64,000 bases of DNA from assembly GCA_965198065.1 (NCBI GenBank), contig CBDAON010000004.1, positions 32,001-96,000 on the forward strand, in the 5' to 3' direction. Position numbers and translations under genes: made by a program. The notes below the pieces were generated by a model. It was given only the letters and a program-made list of their open reading frames with translations, had not been told where the DNA came from and did not search any database. Source of the DNA: Longimicrobiales bacterium. Its GTDB lineage: Bacteria > Gemmatimonadota > Gemmatimonadetes > Longimicrobiales > Gaopeijiaceae. Shown one piece after another: positions 19,455-28,476 of this stretch. The stretch's first letter is position 1, and each line of letters begins with the position of its first letter.

Positions 19455-19912
19455 CCTCCGTGAGCCCCGCCCCCGCCCTCACCTGGCAGGAGCGCATCCA
19501 GCGCACGCGCGCCCGCTCCTGGGTGCTCCACATTCTCTATCAGTGGGAGAGCACGGACCCGCATCGCCCCCTTGCCGAGGTGATGGAGGAGACCCTCAGA
19601 CGGCGGCGGGTGGCCGTGGACCGGGTGCCCCTCGTTCGGCGCCATGTGACTGCTCTCGCCGACCACCAGGCGGAGGTGGATCGCGCCCTTCTCGAGGCCA
19701 TGGAGAACTGGCGGCTCGATCGCCTCTCCCGTGTGGACCGCGCGATCCTTCGGCTGGCGGTCGCTGAGATGCTCTTCCTGGAGGACGTGCCGCCCAAGGT
19801 GGCGGTTCAGGAAGGCATCCGGCTCGCCGGCCAATACGGGGGCCACGACTCGCCCCGGTTCGTGAACGGGGTCCTGGACGCCGTCCTCCGGTCACTCGGA
19901 GACCGTTCCTGA
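19451..19912 (+). CDS. nusB: Transcription antitermination factor NusB
   Basis: RTRAR..LYQ, NWRLDRL, DRAILR, PPKVA..E, FVNGVLD; ribH-nusB order. Confidence 0.93.
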   Translation: MTSVSPAPALTWQERIQRTRARSWVLHILYQWESTDPHRPLAEVMEETLRRRRVAVDRVPLVRRHVTALADHQAEVDRALLEAMENWRLDRLSRVDRAILRLAVAEMLFLEDVPPKVAVQEGIRLAGQYGGHDSPRFVNGVLDAVLRSLGDRS

Positions 19913-21024
19913 AGCTGCTCGTCACGAACTGGCTGGACCGGGAGAACCCCCAGTCCGGCGGTGCCGAGACCCACCTCCACGAGTGCTTCGGCCGCCTGGT
20001 CCGCCACGGATGGGAGGTCACGCTCGTTACGTCGGGCTGGCCGGGCGCTGCGGCCCGCGCGACGGTGGACGGCCTCGACGTGCATCGGGTGGGCGGGCGC
20101 TACACCTACGTGACACGCGCGCCCGCCTACGTTAGGGCGGAGCTCCAGGAGTTGGCGTTCGACCTGCTCGTGGAGGATCTGAACAAGGTCCCCCTGTTCT
20201 CACCCGTGTGGTCGCGCTGGCCGGTGGTGCTCCTCGTCCATCACCTGTTCGGCGGAACCGCGTTTCACGAGGCCGCCCTTCCGCTCGCTTTGCCCACGTG
20301 GCTGCTCGAGCGTCCGATCCCGCTCGTCTACCGGGGCGTCCGGGTCGTGGCGGTCTCCGAGAGCACGAAGCGTGATCTAGCGCGGCGTGGGCTCCCCGCC
20401 GATCGGATTCGCGTGATCGAGAATGGGGTGGACGTGAACCGGTTCGTACCGCCTTCCGAGGGTAAGCGCTTTCCCGAGCCCACGCTCCTCTACCTGGGTC
20501 GGCTGAAGCGGTACAAGCGGGTCGATCTGATCCTCGAGGCGGTCGCGGAGCTCCGCCGTCTAGGCGAGGAGGTTCGACTCCTCGTGGCCGGTGAGGGCGA
20601 CCAGCGCGAGTGGCTCCAGCGCCGGGCGCGAAAGCTGGGCCTCGGCGAGGAGGATGCGCGGTTTTTGGGCTTCGTGCCCGAAGCGGAGAAGGTCGAGCTT
20701 CTCCAGAGGGCCTGGGTACACACCCTGACTTCGGTAAAGGAGGGATGGGGCGTCTCGATCCTCGAAGCGGCCGCCTGCGGGACTCCCAGCGTGGTTAGTG
20801 ACTCCCCCGGCCTCCGCGATGCGGTCCTTCACGAGCGCACCGGATTCCTGGTTCCGCACGGTGACGTCCGGGCCCTCGCAGACCGCCTGAAACACCTGCT
20901 CGACGACGCCCGCCTGCGCGCCGGAATGGGCGGAGCGGCTCGAGAATTCGCGGAAGCTCACACCTGGGAGAGGAGCGCGGAGCGACTCTCGCGAGCGCTA
21001 GGGGCCGCGGTGGCTTCGGGCTGA
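19909..21024 (+). CDS. GT4 family glycosyltransferase (probable CTG start)
   Basis: In-frame N-terminus LKLLVTNWLDRENPQSGGAE; GRLKRYK and EGWGVSILEAAACG. Confidence 0.9.
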   Translation: MKLLVTNWLDRENPQSGGAETHLHECFGRLVRHGWEVTLVTSGWPGAAARATVDGLDVHRVGGRYTYVTRAPAYVRAELQELAFDLLVEDLNKVPLFSPVWSRWPVVLLVHHLFGGTAFHEAALPLALPTWLLERPIPLVYRGVRVVAVSESTKRDLARRGLPADRIRVIENGVDVNRFVPPSEGKRFPEPTLLYLGRLKRYKRVDLILEAVAELRRLGEEVRLLVAGEGDQREWLQRRARKLGLGEEDARFLGFVPEAEKVELLQRAWVHTLTSVKEGWGVSILEAAACGTPSVVSDSPGLRDAVLHERTGFLVPHGDVRALADRLKHLLDDARLRAGMGGAAREFAEAHTWERSAERLSRALGAAVASG

Positions 21025-21094
21025 ACCGGCAGGTACCTTATGTGGTTTCCGATCGGGGGCTCGTCGGCCCGTCGAGATCCTGAGGAGGGGAAGC

Positions 21095-21172
21095 GTGAGA
21101 GTCCAGGTGACCCAACATCACGGACCCGGGCTCAGGGACATCGTAGGAGAGACGGTCGGAGAGACGGAGTGA
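21095..21172 (+). pseudogene. 25-codon ORF, possible truncated hpf/raiA remnant
   Basis: Strong SD GAGGAGG before GTG; MRVQVTQHH resembles an HPF N-terminal strand; lies immediately before hprK. Confidence 0.4.
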
Positions 21173-21179
21173 CGCGTAC

Positions 21180-22142
21180 GTGGCGCCAACCCTGCGCATA
21201 CAGGAGCTCGTAGAGGCACGGGGGGCGTCGCTGTCCCTCGAGCTCCTGACGCCGGGGGTCTCCCTCGAGCGGGACTGCTCCGACTCGGACGTGGCGAGCC
21301 CGGGCCTGGCCCTGGCCGGGTTCGTGGACCGGTTCCCCGACGGGCGCATGCAGGTGTTCGGGGAGACGGAGATGCTCTACCTGTCCACCCTGGCTCCCGA
21401 CGTCCAGGCCGAGCGGCTCGCGGCCTTTTTCTCGCGCCACGTTCCCGCTGCCTTCGTGACCAAGGGCATGGACGTGCCGCCCGCGCTCATCGAGGCGGCG
21501 AGCCGCAAGGGAGTCCCGCTCTTTCGGTCGGTGCTTTCGACCAGGGACTTCTTCCGACGCGTCAAGCCGTACTTAGAGGTGGTCCTGGCGCCGTCCACGG
21601 CGGTGCATGGATCGCTGGCTGACGTGTACGGCGCGGGGCTGCTCTTCATGGGGAAGAGCGGTATCGGAAAGAGCGAGTGCGTCCTGGATCTGATCGAGCG
21701 AGGGCATCGCCTGGTAGCGGACGATGTCGTGATGGTGTCCCGGCGGGGGAACGACGTGCTGATCGGGTGCGGGCACGATCTCCAGCGGCATCACATGGAG
21801 ATCCGGGGGATCGGGATCGTGGACGTTCGTGCCCTCTTCGGCATCCGCGCCATCCGGCAACAGAAGCGCATCGAGGTCGTGGTCCAGCTCGAGGAGTGGG
21901 ACGACACGCAGCCGTACGACCGGACCGGTCTGGACGTAGGGGAGACCGAGATCCTCGACGTCCCGATCCCGATGGTCACCATCCCGCTCAATCCAGGGAA
22001 GAACCTCACGGTCCTCTCCGAGGTCGTCGCCATGAACCACCTCCTCAAGTACGCGGGCGTGGACTCGGCGGCCGAGTTCGAGCGCCGGCTCACGGCGGAG
22101 ATGGCGCAGATCGACGAGTATCTCGAGGAAGACTATGAGTGA
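21180..22142 (+). CDS. hprK: HPr(Ser) kinase/phosphorylase
   Basis: GKSGIGKSE Walker A, RGHRLVADD, MEIRGIGI. Confidence 0.96.
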   Translation: MAPTLRIQELVEARGASLSLELLTPGVSLERDCSDSDVASPGLALAGFVDRFPDGRMQVFGETEMLYLSTLAPDVQAERLAAFFSRHVPAAFVTKGMDVPPALIEAASRKGVPLFRSVLSTRDFFRRVKPYLEVVLAPSTAVHGSLADVYGAGLLFMGKSGIGKSECVLDLIERGHRLVADDVVMVSRRGNDVLIGCGHDLQRHHMEIRGIGIVDVRALFGIRAIRQQKRIEVVVQLEEWDDTQPYDRTGLDVGETEILDVPIPMVTIPLNPGKNLTVLSEVVAMNHLLKYAGVDSAAEFERRLTAEMAQIDEYLEEDYE

Positions 22143-22569
22143 GGCGACGCCCCGGGCGGTCCGGGGAATCGTCGTCACGCACGGGTCCCTGTGCTTCGGT
22201 ATGGTGGACGCGGTCCGGAGAATCGCCGGATCGTCTGCGGACGCCCTGATCCCGATCTCGAACGACGGAAAGGGTCCCGACGAGCTCCTCGGGTCGGTGT
22301 CCGAGCTCGCGGGCGACGGGCCGACCATCATCTTCACCGACTTGGAGACGGGAAGCTGCGCGCTCGCGGCCCAGTTCGCCTGCCGCGATCCGGCGGGGCG
22401 CCGGGTCGTCTTCGGCACGAACCTCGCCATGCTCCTCGACTTCGTGTTCCATCGACGCCTTCCTCTGGACGAGTTGGTCACGCGGTTGGTTGATCGCGGA
22501 AGGGCGGCCGTCCGCTCCTTCGAGCCCGGGGAGGGTCGGGTTGGGAATCGTTCTGCTGCGGGTGGATGA
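22135..22569 (+). CDS. PTS mannose/fructose-family EIIA
   Basis: GIVVTHG, IFTDLETGSC, GTNLAMLL. Confidence 0.9.
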   Translation: MSEATPRAVRGIVVTHGSLCFGMVDAVRRIAGSSADALIPISNDGKGPDELLGSVSELAGDGPTIIFTDLETGSCALAAQFACRDPAGRRVVFGTNLAMLLDFVFHRRLPLDELVTRLVDRGRAAVRSFEPGEGRVGNRSAAGG

Positions 22570-23023
22570 GCGGCTCATTCACGGCCAGGTCACCCTGGGG
22601 TGGGGGAGCCAGCTTCGCCCCTCCGCCTACTGGATCGTGGACGACGACCTGGCGGAGACGGAGTGGGAGCAGGAACTGTACCGCCTCGGCACGCCCGCGG
22701 ATGCGATCTCGGACTTCTTCAGCGTGCGGAGCGCTCGCGAGCACTTCTCCGACTGGAAGGCATCTCCGAGCCGCTCCGTCGTCCTGACCCGGGATCTCGA
22801 CCACATGCTTCGCCTCGCGCGGGGCAGGCTCCTGGCCGGCGAGTCGGTGAACCTGGGGGGGATCCATCACCGGCCGGGTCGCACGGAAGTCCTCCCGTAC
22901 CTTTTCCTGGACGACGACGACCGAGGCCGCATCCGTGCCGTCGAAGCCGAGGGCGTCGAAGTCTGGGCCCAGGACCTTCCAGGGGCGGGCGAGGTCCGGG
23001 GGTCGGCCCTCCTCCATGGTTGA
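22541..23023 (+). CDS. PTS mannose/sorbose-family EIIB (TTG start)
   Basis: RVDERLIHGQV, VNLGG, QDLP. Confidence 0.92.
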   Translation: MGIVLLRVDERLIHGQVTLGWGSQLRPSAYWIVDDDLAETEWEQELYRLGTPADAISDFFSVRSAREHFSDWKASPSRSVVLTRDLDHMLRLARGRLLAGESVNLGGIHHRPGRTEVLPYLFLDDDDRGRIRAVEAEGVEVWAQDLPGAGEVRGSALLHG

Positions 23024-23708
23024 GCCCGGCGGGGCACTTCTTCTTCTTCTCCTCCTGGCCGCGTGGGTGGCCCTGGACGGGACGAGCTTCGCGCAGATCA
23101 TGGTGTCGAGACCGCTGGTTGCGGGAACGCTGGCGGGATGGATCCTGGGCGACCCCGGTACCGGATTCCTCGTGGGCGGGCTCCTCGAGGCGGCGCACCT
23201 GGGAGCGGTTCCGATCGGCGCCGCGCGGCTCGCGGAGCCCGGGCCGGCGGCCATTCCCGCCGTCGCGGCGGCCGTGTGGCTGGGAGGCGCCGGCGGCATC
23301 GGCATCGGCGTGGCGCTGGGAGTCGTATGGAGCGTGCTGGGCGGGGCCTCGACGGTGGCGCAACGCCGGTTGAACGGCGCGATCGTGGGGGGGCTGGACG
23401 AGGGGGAGGGGAGCGCGGGTGCCCTGGTTCGACGGCACCTGGCCTGTGTGACTCTGGATGCGCTCCGCGGCGTGTTCCTGGTGGCGCTCGGTCTCACGGC
23501 CGCCCTCCTTCTCCCTCCGTCCCTCGCGCGGGTGTGGGCGGTGAGCGAACCCTCGACCGTGGCGTTCCTCGCCCTCCCCGGCGCTTTCGCGGGAGGCTCG
23601 CTCTTTCGCAGGTGGTCGGTCGCTTCCGGAGGGGTCCGGTGGGGGGCGTTCCTCTTCGCGGGCGGGCTCCTCGCGGGATGGCTCCTCGGCTCAGGGACGG
23701 CGGGATGA
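23016..23708 (+). CDS. PTS mannose-family EIIC
   Basis: QIMVSRPLVAG..G..LGD..TG..G..LE, PIGAA; polytopic. Confidence 0.88.
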   Translation: MVEPGGALLLLLLLAAWVALDGTSFAQIMVSRPLVAGTLAGWILGDPGTGFLVGGLLEAAHLGAVPIGAARLAEPGPAAIPAVAAAVWLGGAGGIGIGVALGVVWSVLGGASTVAQRRLNGAIVGGLDEGEGSAGALVRRHLACVTLDALRGVFLVALGLTAALLLPPSLARVWAVSEPSTVAFLALPGAFAGGSLFRRWSVASGGVRWGAFLFAGGLLAGWLLGSGTAG

Positions 23709-24457
23709 AGAGCGTTGGCCTCAGGTGGCGGGTGGTTTTCCGCTCCCTCCTCATCCAGGGCTCTTGGAACTACCGGACGCTCCTCGGAGCCGGGCTCGGG
23801 TGGGCCCTGCTTCCGCTCCTTCCCAGGGGACCGGGGCACGAGTCCTCCGATCGAATTGCCCGGCTGGCGGCCCCGTTCAACTCGCATCCGTACCTGGCGG
23901 CCCTCGCCATCGGCGCTCTGGTCAAGGTAGAGTCGGAAGGTGCCGACGCAGACCGGGTTCGTCGGTTCAAGGACGCCTTGAGAGGACCGCTCGGGAGCCT
24001 GGGGGACGGGTTCGTCTGGGGTGTGTGGAGGCCGCTCTGCCTCGTCGGCGCCCTTTCGGCCGGCCAGCTCGGCGCCCCTCCCTTGGCGGTGGTTCTCGGC
24101 TTCGTCGTGGTGTACAACGCCGTAAACCTGGCGCTTCGCGTGTGGGGGGCCAGCGTGGGGCTCGAGCTGGGCTTCGGAGTGGGGGAAGGGATCCGTCGCC
24201 TCGATCTCCCGGCATGGACGGAACGCACCGCCAGGGCCGGGGTCCTCTTCCTCGGCGTCGCGTCCGGGATAATGCTGTCGGCCGGGCTCGATCTGACCTC
24301 TCCGCGGATGCTCCTCGCGGTGGGCGCTTCGACTTGTTTTGGGGCGGGGCTCCTCGCGGGAGAGTCGCGGCAGAGGTGGGGGCCCCTCCTCCTGCTCCTG
24401 ATCGCCTTGGTGGGGTTTGTCTGGGGGTCCGCGTCTCCGCTCCCGGCGGGGAGCTGA
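23705..24457 (+). CDS. PTS mannose-family EIID
   Basis: QGSWNY, FNSHPY, GPLGSLGD motifs. Confidence 0.9.
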   Translation: MKSVGLRWRVVFRSLLIQGSWNYRTLLGAGLGWALLPLLPRGPGHESSDRIARLAAPFNSHPYLAALAIGALVKVESEGADADRVRRFKDALRGPLGSLGDGFVWGVWRPLCLVGALSAGQLGAPPLAVVLGFVVVYNAVNLALRVWGASVGLELGFGVGEGIRRLDLPAWTERTARAGVLFLGVASGIMLSAGLDLTSPRMLLAVGASTCFGAGLLAGESRQRWGPLLLLLIALVGFVWGSASPLPAGS

Positions 24458-24458
24458 C

Positions 24459-24743
24459 ATGAGCGAGACCTCCGTCGCGCAGCGGAAAGTGAAGATCAGG
24501 AACCGTCTGGGTCTCCACGCCCGGCCCGCGGCCGAGCTCGTCAAGCTCGCGGGCCGCTTCCAGTCTGAGATCAGCCTGTCCAAGGACGTGCTCACGGTGA
24601 ACGGGAAGAGCATCATGGGCGTGCTCATGCTGGCCGCGGAGCAGGGTAGCCATCTCGTCATCCGAGCCCAGGGCGCGGATGCCGTCCAGGCGGTGGACGC
24701 GCTGGCCGCCCTGGTCGAGCGCGGATTCAAGGGGGAGCCGTAG
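24459..24743 (+). CDS. ptsH: Phosphocarrier protein HPr
   Basis: GLHARPAA (His15 motif) and NGKSIMGVLML (Ser46 motif). Confidence 0.96.
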   Translation: MSETSVAQRKVKIRNRLGLHARPAAELVKLAGRFQSEISLSKDVLTVNGKSIMGVLMLAAEQGSHLVIRAQGADAVQAVDALAALVERGFKGEP

Positions 24744-24745
24744 CG

Positions 24746-26521
24746 GTGGGCCGCATCCACGAAGGGCTCCCCATCTCGGAGGGAATTGCCATCGGCCCCG
24801 TCCGGCGGGTCCGCTGGGGTGTGCCCGAGGTCCCCCATCTGACGGTGCCCGAAGAGCAGGTGGACCGGGAAGTGGAGCGCTTTCACGAGGCCCGAGCCTG
24901 GGCGCGCGACTGTCTGGACGCGATCCGGGAAGGGACTGCCCAGCGCCTCGGAAGCATGGAGGCCCGGATCTTCGAGCCCCAGCTCCTCATGCTGGACGAC
25001 CCCGACCTCGTGGACGGAACGCTCCGCTACATCCGGGAAAACCGACTGACGGCGCCCCGCGCCTTCGAGTGGAGAGTCCTGGAGCTCCAGGCGCTCTGGG
25101 TGCGGACGTCGAATCCGCTGGTGCTGGACCGGCTGAACGATCTGGAGGACCTTCTCGTCAGGGTCCTCCATCGCCTGCTCGATCTTCCCGAGCCTGACGA
25201 CATGGTCGGGGACGGATCCGGCGCCATCGTGGTCGCGAGGAACCTGACTCCGTCCCTCACGGTCCTGATGGATCCCTCCCAGGTCCTGGGGATTGCGACG
25301 GATCTCGGAACGAGAACCTCCCACTGGGCCATCCTTGCTCGCTCCGCCGGGATCCCGGCCGTGGGGGGGCTCGGGGACGTGTCTCAGCGCGTCCGCGTGG
25401 GCGAGCAGGCCATCGTGGACGGGCGGGTCGGTCGAGTGATCCTGGATCCGAGCGAGAGAGAGCGGGCGGTCTTCTCAGAGCGGAAGGGAAGGATCCGGGC
25501 CTGGGAGCAGGGACTGGCCGAGCTCGCCCAACTCGATCCGGTGACGCTCGACGGTCAGCCGGTCGCCCTTCGCGCGAACATCGACCTCCCGAACGAGGCC
25601 GCGCGCGCTCGTGACTACGGGGCCGAGGGCGTTGGTCTCTTCCGCACCGAGTTTCTCGTCGTGGGGCGGAGATCCATGCCGGAGGAGGAAGAGCAGTACG
25701 AGAGCTATCGACAGGTCGTGGACGTGTTCCCCCAGCAGGCGGTCTTCATCCGGACGTACGATCTGGGCGGAGACAAATTCCCCATGTTCTTGAGCATGCC
25801 GGCCGAGGAGAACCCGTTCCTCGGATGGCGGGGGATCCGGGTATGTCTGGACAAACTCGATCTCTTCCGCCCTCAGCTCAGAGCCATCCTTCGGGCCACG
25901 GCCCACGGGGACGTGCGCATCCTGCTCCCTCTGGTGAACGACGTGGACGAGGTCGCGCGAGTGCGTGAGCTCCTCGCGGAGGAGGAGGAGGCGCTCAAGC
26001 GTGCGGGCCATCCATTCTCGTCCGGATACAAGCTCGGCTGCCTGGTCGAAACCCCTGCCGCCGCGCTGGACGCGGTGGAGCTCGCACGACATTGTGACTT
26101 CTTCTCGGTCGGGACGAACGACCTCGTTCAGTACACGCTGGCGGTGGATCGCACGAATGCCAGACTCGCGAACCTGTACAATCCGTTCCACCCGTCCGTC
26201 GTACGGCTGCTGCACCAGGTTTCCCGGGTCGGCCGGGCGGCGGGGATCGAAGTGAGCGCCTGTGGAGAGATAGCGGCGAACCCGCTCGGGACCTTTCTGC
26301 TGTTGGGCCTGGACATTACCGCCCTGTCCGTGTCCTGGCCGTCACTCCCCGAGGTGAAGAAGGTGATCCGGAGCGTCCGGATCGAAGACGCGCGCGTGGC
26401 CGCGCGCAAGGCGCTCGCGGCGCCGACCTCGCGCGACGTGACGCGGGCCCTGGCGGAAGGGATCGGGTCGGCCGTGGATCTCGCCGCGTTTTCCGGCCGC
26501 TGGAGCCTCTCACTCACCTGA
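24746..26521 (+). CDS. ptsI: PEP-protein phosphotransferase (Enzyme I)
   Basis: [41 protein letters not shown]. Confidence 0.96.
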   Translation: MGRIHEGLPISEGIAIGPVRRVRWGVPEVPHLTVPEEQVDREVERFHEARAWARDCLDAIREGTAQRLGSMEARIFEPQLLMLDDPDLVDGTLRYIRENRLTAPRAFEWRVLELQALWVRTSNPLVLDRLNDLEDLLVRVLHRLLDLPEPDDMVGDGSGAIVVARNLTPSLTVLMDPSQVLGIATDLGTRTSHWAILARSAGIPAVGGLGDVSQRVRVGEQAIVDGRVGRVILDPSERERAVFSERKGRIRAWEQGLAELAQLDPVTLDGQPVALRANIDLPNEAARARDYGAEGVGLFRTEFLVVGRRSMPEEEEQYESYRQVVDVFPQQAVFIRTYDLGGDKFPMFLSMPAEENPFLGWRGIRVCLDKLDLFRPQLRAILRATAHGDVRILLPLVNDVDEVARVRELLAEEEEALKRAGHPFSSGYKLGCLVETPAAALDAVELARHCDFFSVGTNDLVQYTLAVDRTNARLANLYNPFHPSVVRLLHQVSRVGRAAGIEVSACGEIAANPLGTFLLLGLDITALSVSWPSLPEVKKVIRSVRIEDARVAARKALAAPTSRDVTRALAEGIGSAVDLAAFSGRWSLSLT

Positions 26522-26541
26522 ACCCTGGTTGCCCCACGCCC

Positions 26542-27774
26542 ATGGAGACCACTCGTTCGACCGAACCCAAGCCCGCCCTGCGAAAGGACAATGCTCTGAG
26601 CATCCGGCAGTTCTCGTCGGAGTCGGTGTGCGAGGGGCATCCAGACAAGGTGGCGGATCAGATATCGGACGCGGTGCTGGACTGCGTCCTCGCGTCGGAC
26701 GTGGAGGGGCGGGTGGCCTGTGAGACGCTCGTGACGACCGGCCTCGCGCTCGTGGCCGGGGAGATCACCACGAGCGCGCGTATCGATATTCCCGAGATCG
26801 TGCGGGAAACGATCGTTGGCATTGGGTATGACGATCCGGCGTACGGGATCGACGGAAAGACATGCGCTGTCCTCGTCGCGATCGATCGCCAGTCCGACGA
26901 CATCAAAATCGGGGTCGATACCGGAGGGGCCGGCGATCAGGGGATGATGTTCGGGTTCGCGACCGACGAGACCGAGGAGCTCTTGCCGGCTCCAATCGTC
27001 TTCGCCCACCGGCTCACCCGGGCCCTGTCCGACGCACGTCGAAGCGGGACGATCCCGTGGCTCCGCCCCGACGGGAAGTCCCAGGTCACGGTGGCGTACG
27101 AAGGCGATCGCCCGGTTCAGGTCACGGCCGTCGTCCTGAGCGCGCAGCACGAGCCCGACGTCTCGACAGCCGAGATCCGCGATGTCCTCCGGCGGGAAGT
27201 AATCCTGCCGTCGTTGCCCTCCGATCTGTTCGATGCCGAGAGCGCGGCCGTCCACGTGAATCCGACGGGGCGGTTCGTGACCGGGGGACCCCAGGGAGAC
27301 GTGGGGCTCACCGGGAGAAAGGTCATCGTGGACACGTACGGCGGAATGGGGCGTCACGGAGGCGGCGCGTTCTCGGGGAAGGACCCCACCAAGGTGGACC
27401 GCTCCGCCGCCTACGCCGCGCGGTGGGCCGCCAAGCACGTGGTGGCCGCGGAGTTAGCCCGGCGCTGCGAGATCCAGCTCGCGTACGCCATCGGGGTCGT
27501 GGAGCCCGTATCCATCCGCGTGGACACTCTCGGCACGGGCGTGGTTCCCGACGACAAAATCTCGCGCGCCCTCCGGTCCGTCTTCGAGTTTCGCCCCGCC
27601 GCCATCATCCGGGATCTCGGCCTCCGGAACCCCATCTTCAGTCCCACCGCAGCGTACGGGCACTTCGGGAGAGCCTCCGAGAGCCAGGTTCGAGACGGGC
27701 GGACGGTCTCTCTGTTCCCATGGGAAAGAACGGATCGGGTCTCCGACTTACTGTCCGCCGTCGAGGCGAGCTAG
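26542..27774 (+). CDS. metK: S-adenosylmethionine synthetase
   Basis: [26 protein letters not shown]. Confidence 0.97.
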   Translation: METTRSTEPKPALRKDNALSIRQFSSESVCEGHPDKVADQISDAVLDCVLASDVEGRVACETLVTTGLALVAGEITTSARIDIPEIVRETIVGIGYDDPAYGIDGKTCAVLVAIDRQSDDIKIGVDTGGAGDQGMMFGFATDETEELLPAPIVFAHRLTRALSDARRSGTIPWLRPDGKSQVTVAYEGDRPVQVTAVVLSAQHEPDVSTAEIRDVLRREVILPSLPSDLFDAESAAVHVNPTGRFVTGGPQGDVGLTGRKVIVDTYGGMGRHGGGAFSGKDPTKVDRSAAYAARWAAKHVVAAELARRCEIQLAYAIGVVEPVSIRVDTLGTGVVPDDKISRALRSVFEFRPAAIIRDLGLRNPIFSPTAAYGHFGRASESQVRDGRTVSLFPWERTDRVSDLLSAVEAS

Positions 27775-27860
27775 CGGCAGGTCGCTAGTGTTCCGAGTCA
27801 CTGGTTGGCCGGCGCTCGGGAACCCGCCATCCCACGGGGGGTTGGAATCGGGCGCGATGG

Positions 27861-27888
27861 GTTCGTCGAGGCGGGAGCCTCGACGAAC
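27861..27888 (+). other. Perfect 12-bp hairpin with GGGA (GNRA) tetraloop in the intergenic region
   Basis: gttcgtcgaggc-ggga-gcctcgacgaac; no U-tract. Confidence 0.6.
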
Positions 27889-27928
27889 ACGGGGGGACGC
27901 CACGAGGGATGCCGGATGAGGAGGGAGC

Positions 27929-28465
27929 GTGCTGGTTGAGGTCAAGGTACAGAGCCTGGGACTCGACAGAGCTTCGAACACGCCGGTCCTCATCCTCAGG
28001 GAGCTCGAGGGTGATCGGGTCCTCCCGATCTGGATCGGTCCCGGTGAGGCCAGCGCCATCGCGATGCAGCTGGCCCAGATGAAGTTTTCTCGCCCGTTGA
28101 CCCACGACCTGATTGTGTCTGTCGTCTCGGGCATGGGGGGGGATCTGGATCGGGTGGTGATCACGAAAGTGGCCGACTCCACGTATTACGCGGAGCTCGT
28201 GATTCAACGGCCCGACGACACGATTAGCGTGGACGCTCGTCCGTCCGACTCGATCGCGGTGGCGCTCCGGACCGACGCCAGGATCTTCGCGGAAGACGAT
28301 CTCCTGGAGCTCGCGTCCATCGAGGTGACGGACGACGAGGTCCAACTTTCCACTGAGGGCGGGAGCCGCGCGAAAGGGGAGGGGGCGGCGTTCGCGGACG
28401 CCGATGAGCTGAAGGAGTACCTCCGTCGGCTGAATCCGGAGGACTTCGGCCGCTTCTCTCCCTGA
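27929..28465 (+). CDS. Bifunctional nuclease (DUF151) family protein
   Basis: LPIWIG..EA, RPLTHDL, DARPSDSIA. Confidence 0.93.
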   Translation: MLVEVKVQSLGLDRASNTPVLILRELEGDRVLPIWIGPGEASAIAMQLAQMKFSRPLTHDLIVSVVSGMGGDLDRVVITKVADSTYYAELVIQRPDDTISVDARPSDSIAVALRTDARIFAEDDLLELASIEVTDDEVQLSTEGGSRAKGEGAAFADADELKEYLRRLNPEDFGRFSP

Positions 28466-28476
28466 CCGGAACACGT

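Noticed and set aside
22478..25324. 948-aa minus-strand ORF, and similar long antisense ORFs (3770-5317, 5908-7110, 45203-47056, 56007-57212)
   Set aside because: They lie opposite well-supported genes, have no motifs and are Arg/Pro/Gly-rich. These are shadow ORFs expected from high-GC codon bias.
26500..26600. SAM riboswitch before metK, or FMN riboswitch before ribD
   Set aside because: Both genes follow the upstream CDS within about 20 nt, and no aptamer consensus was recognised.
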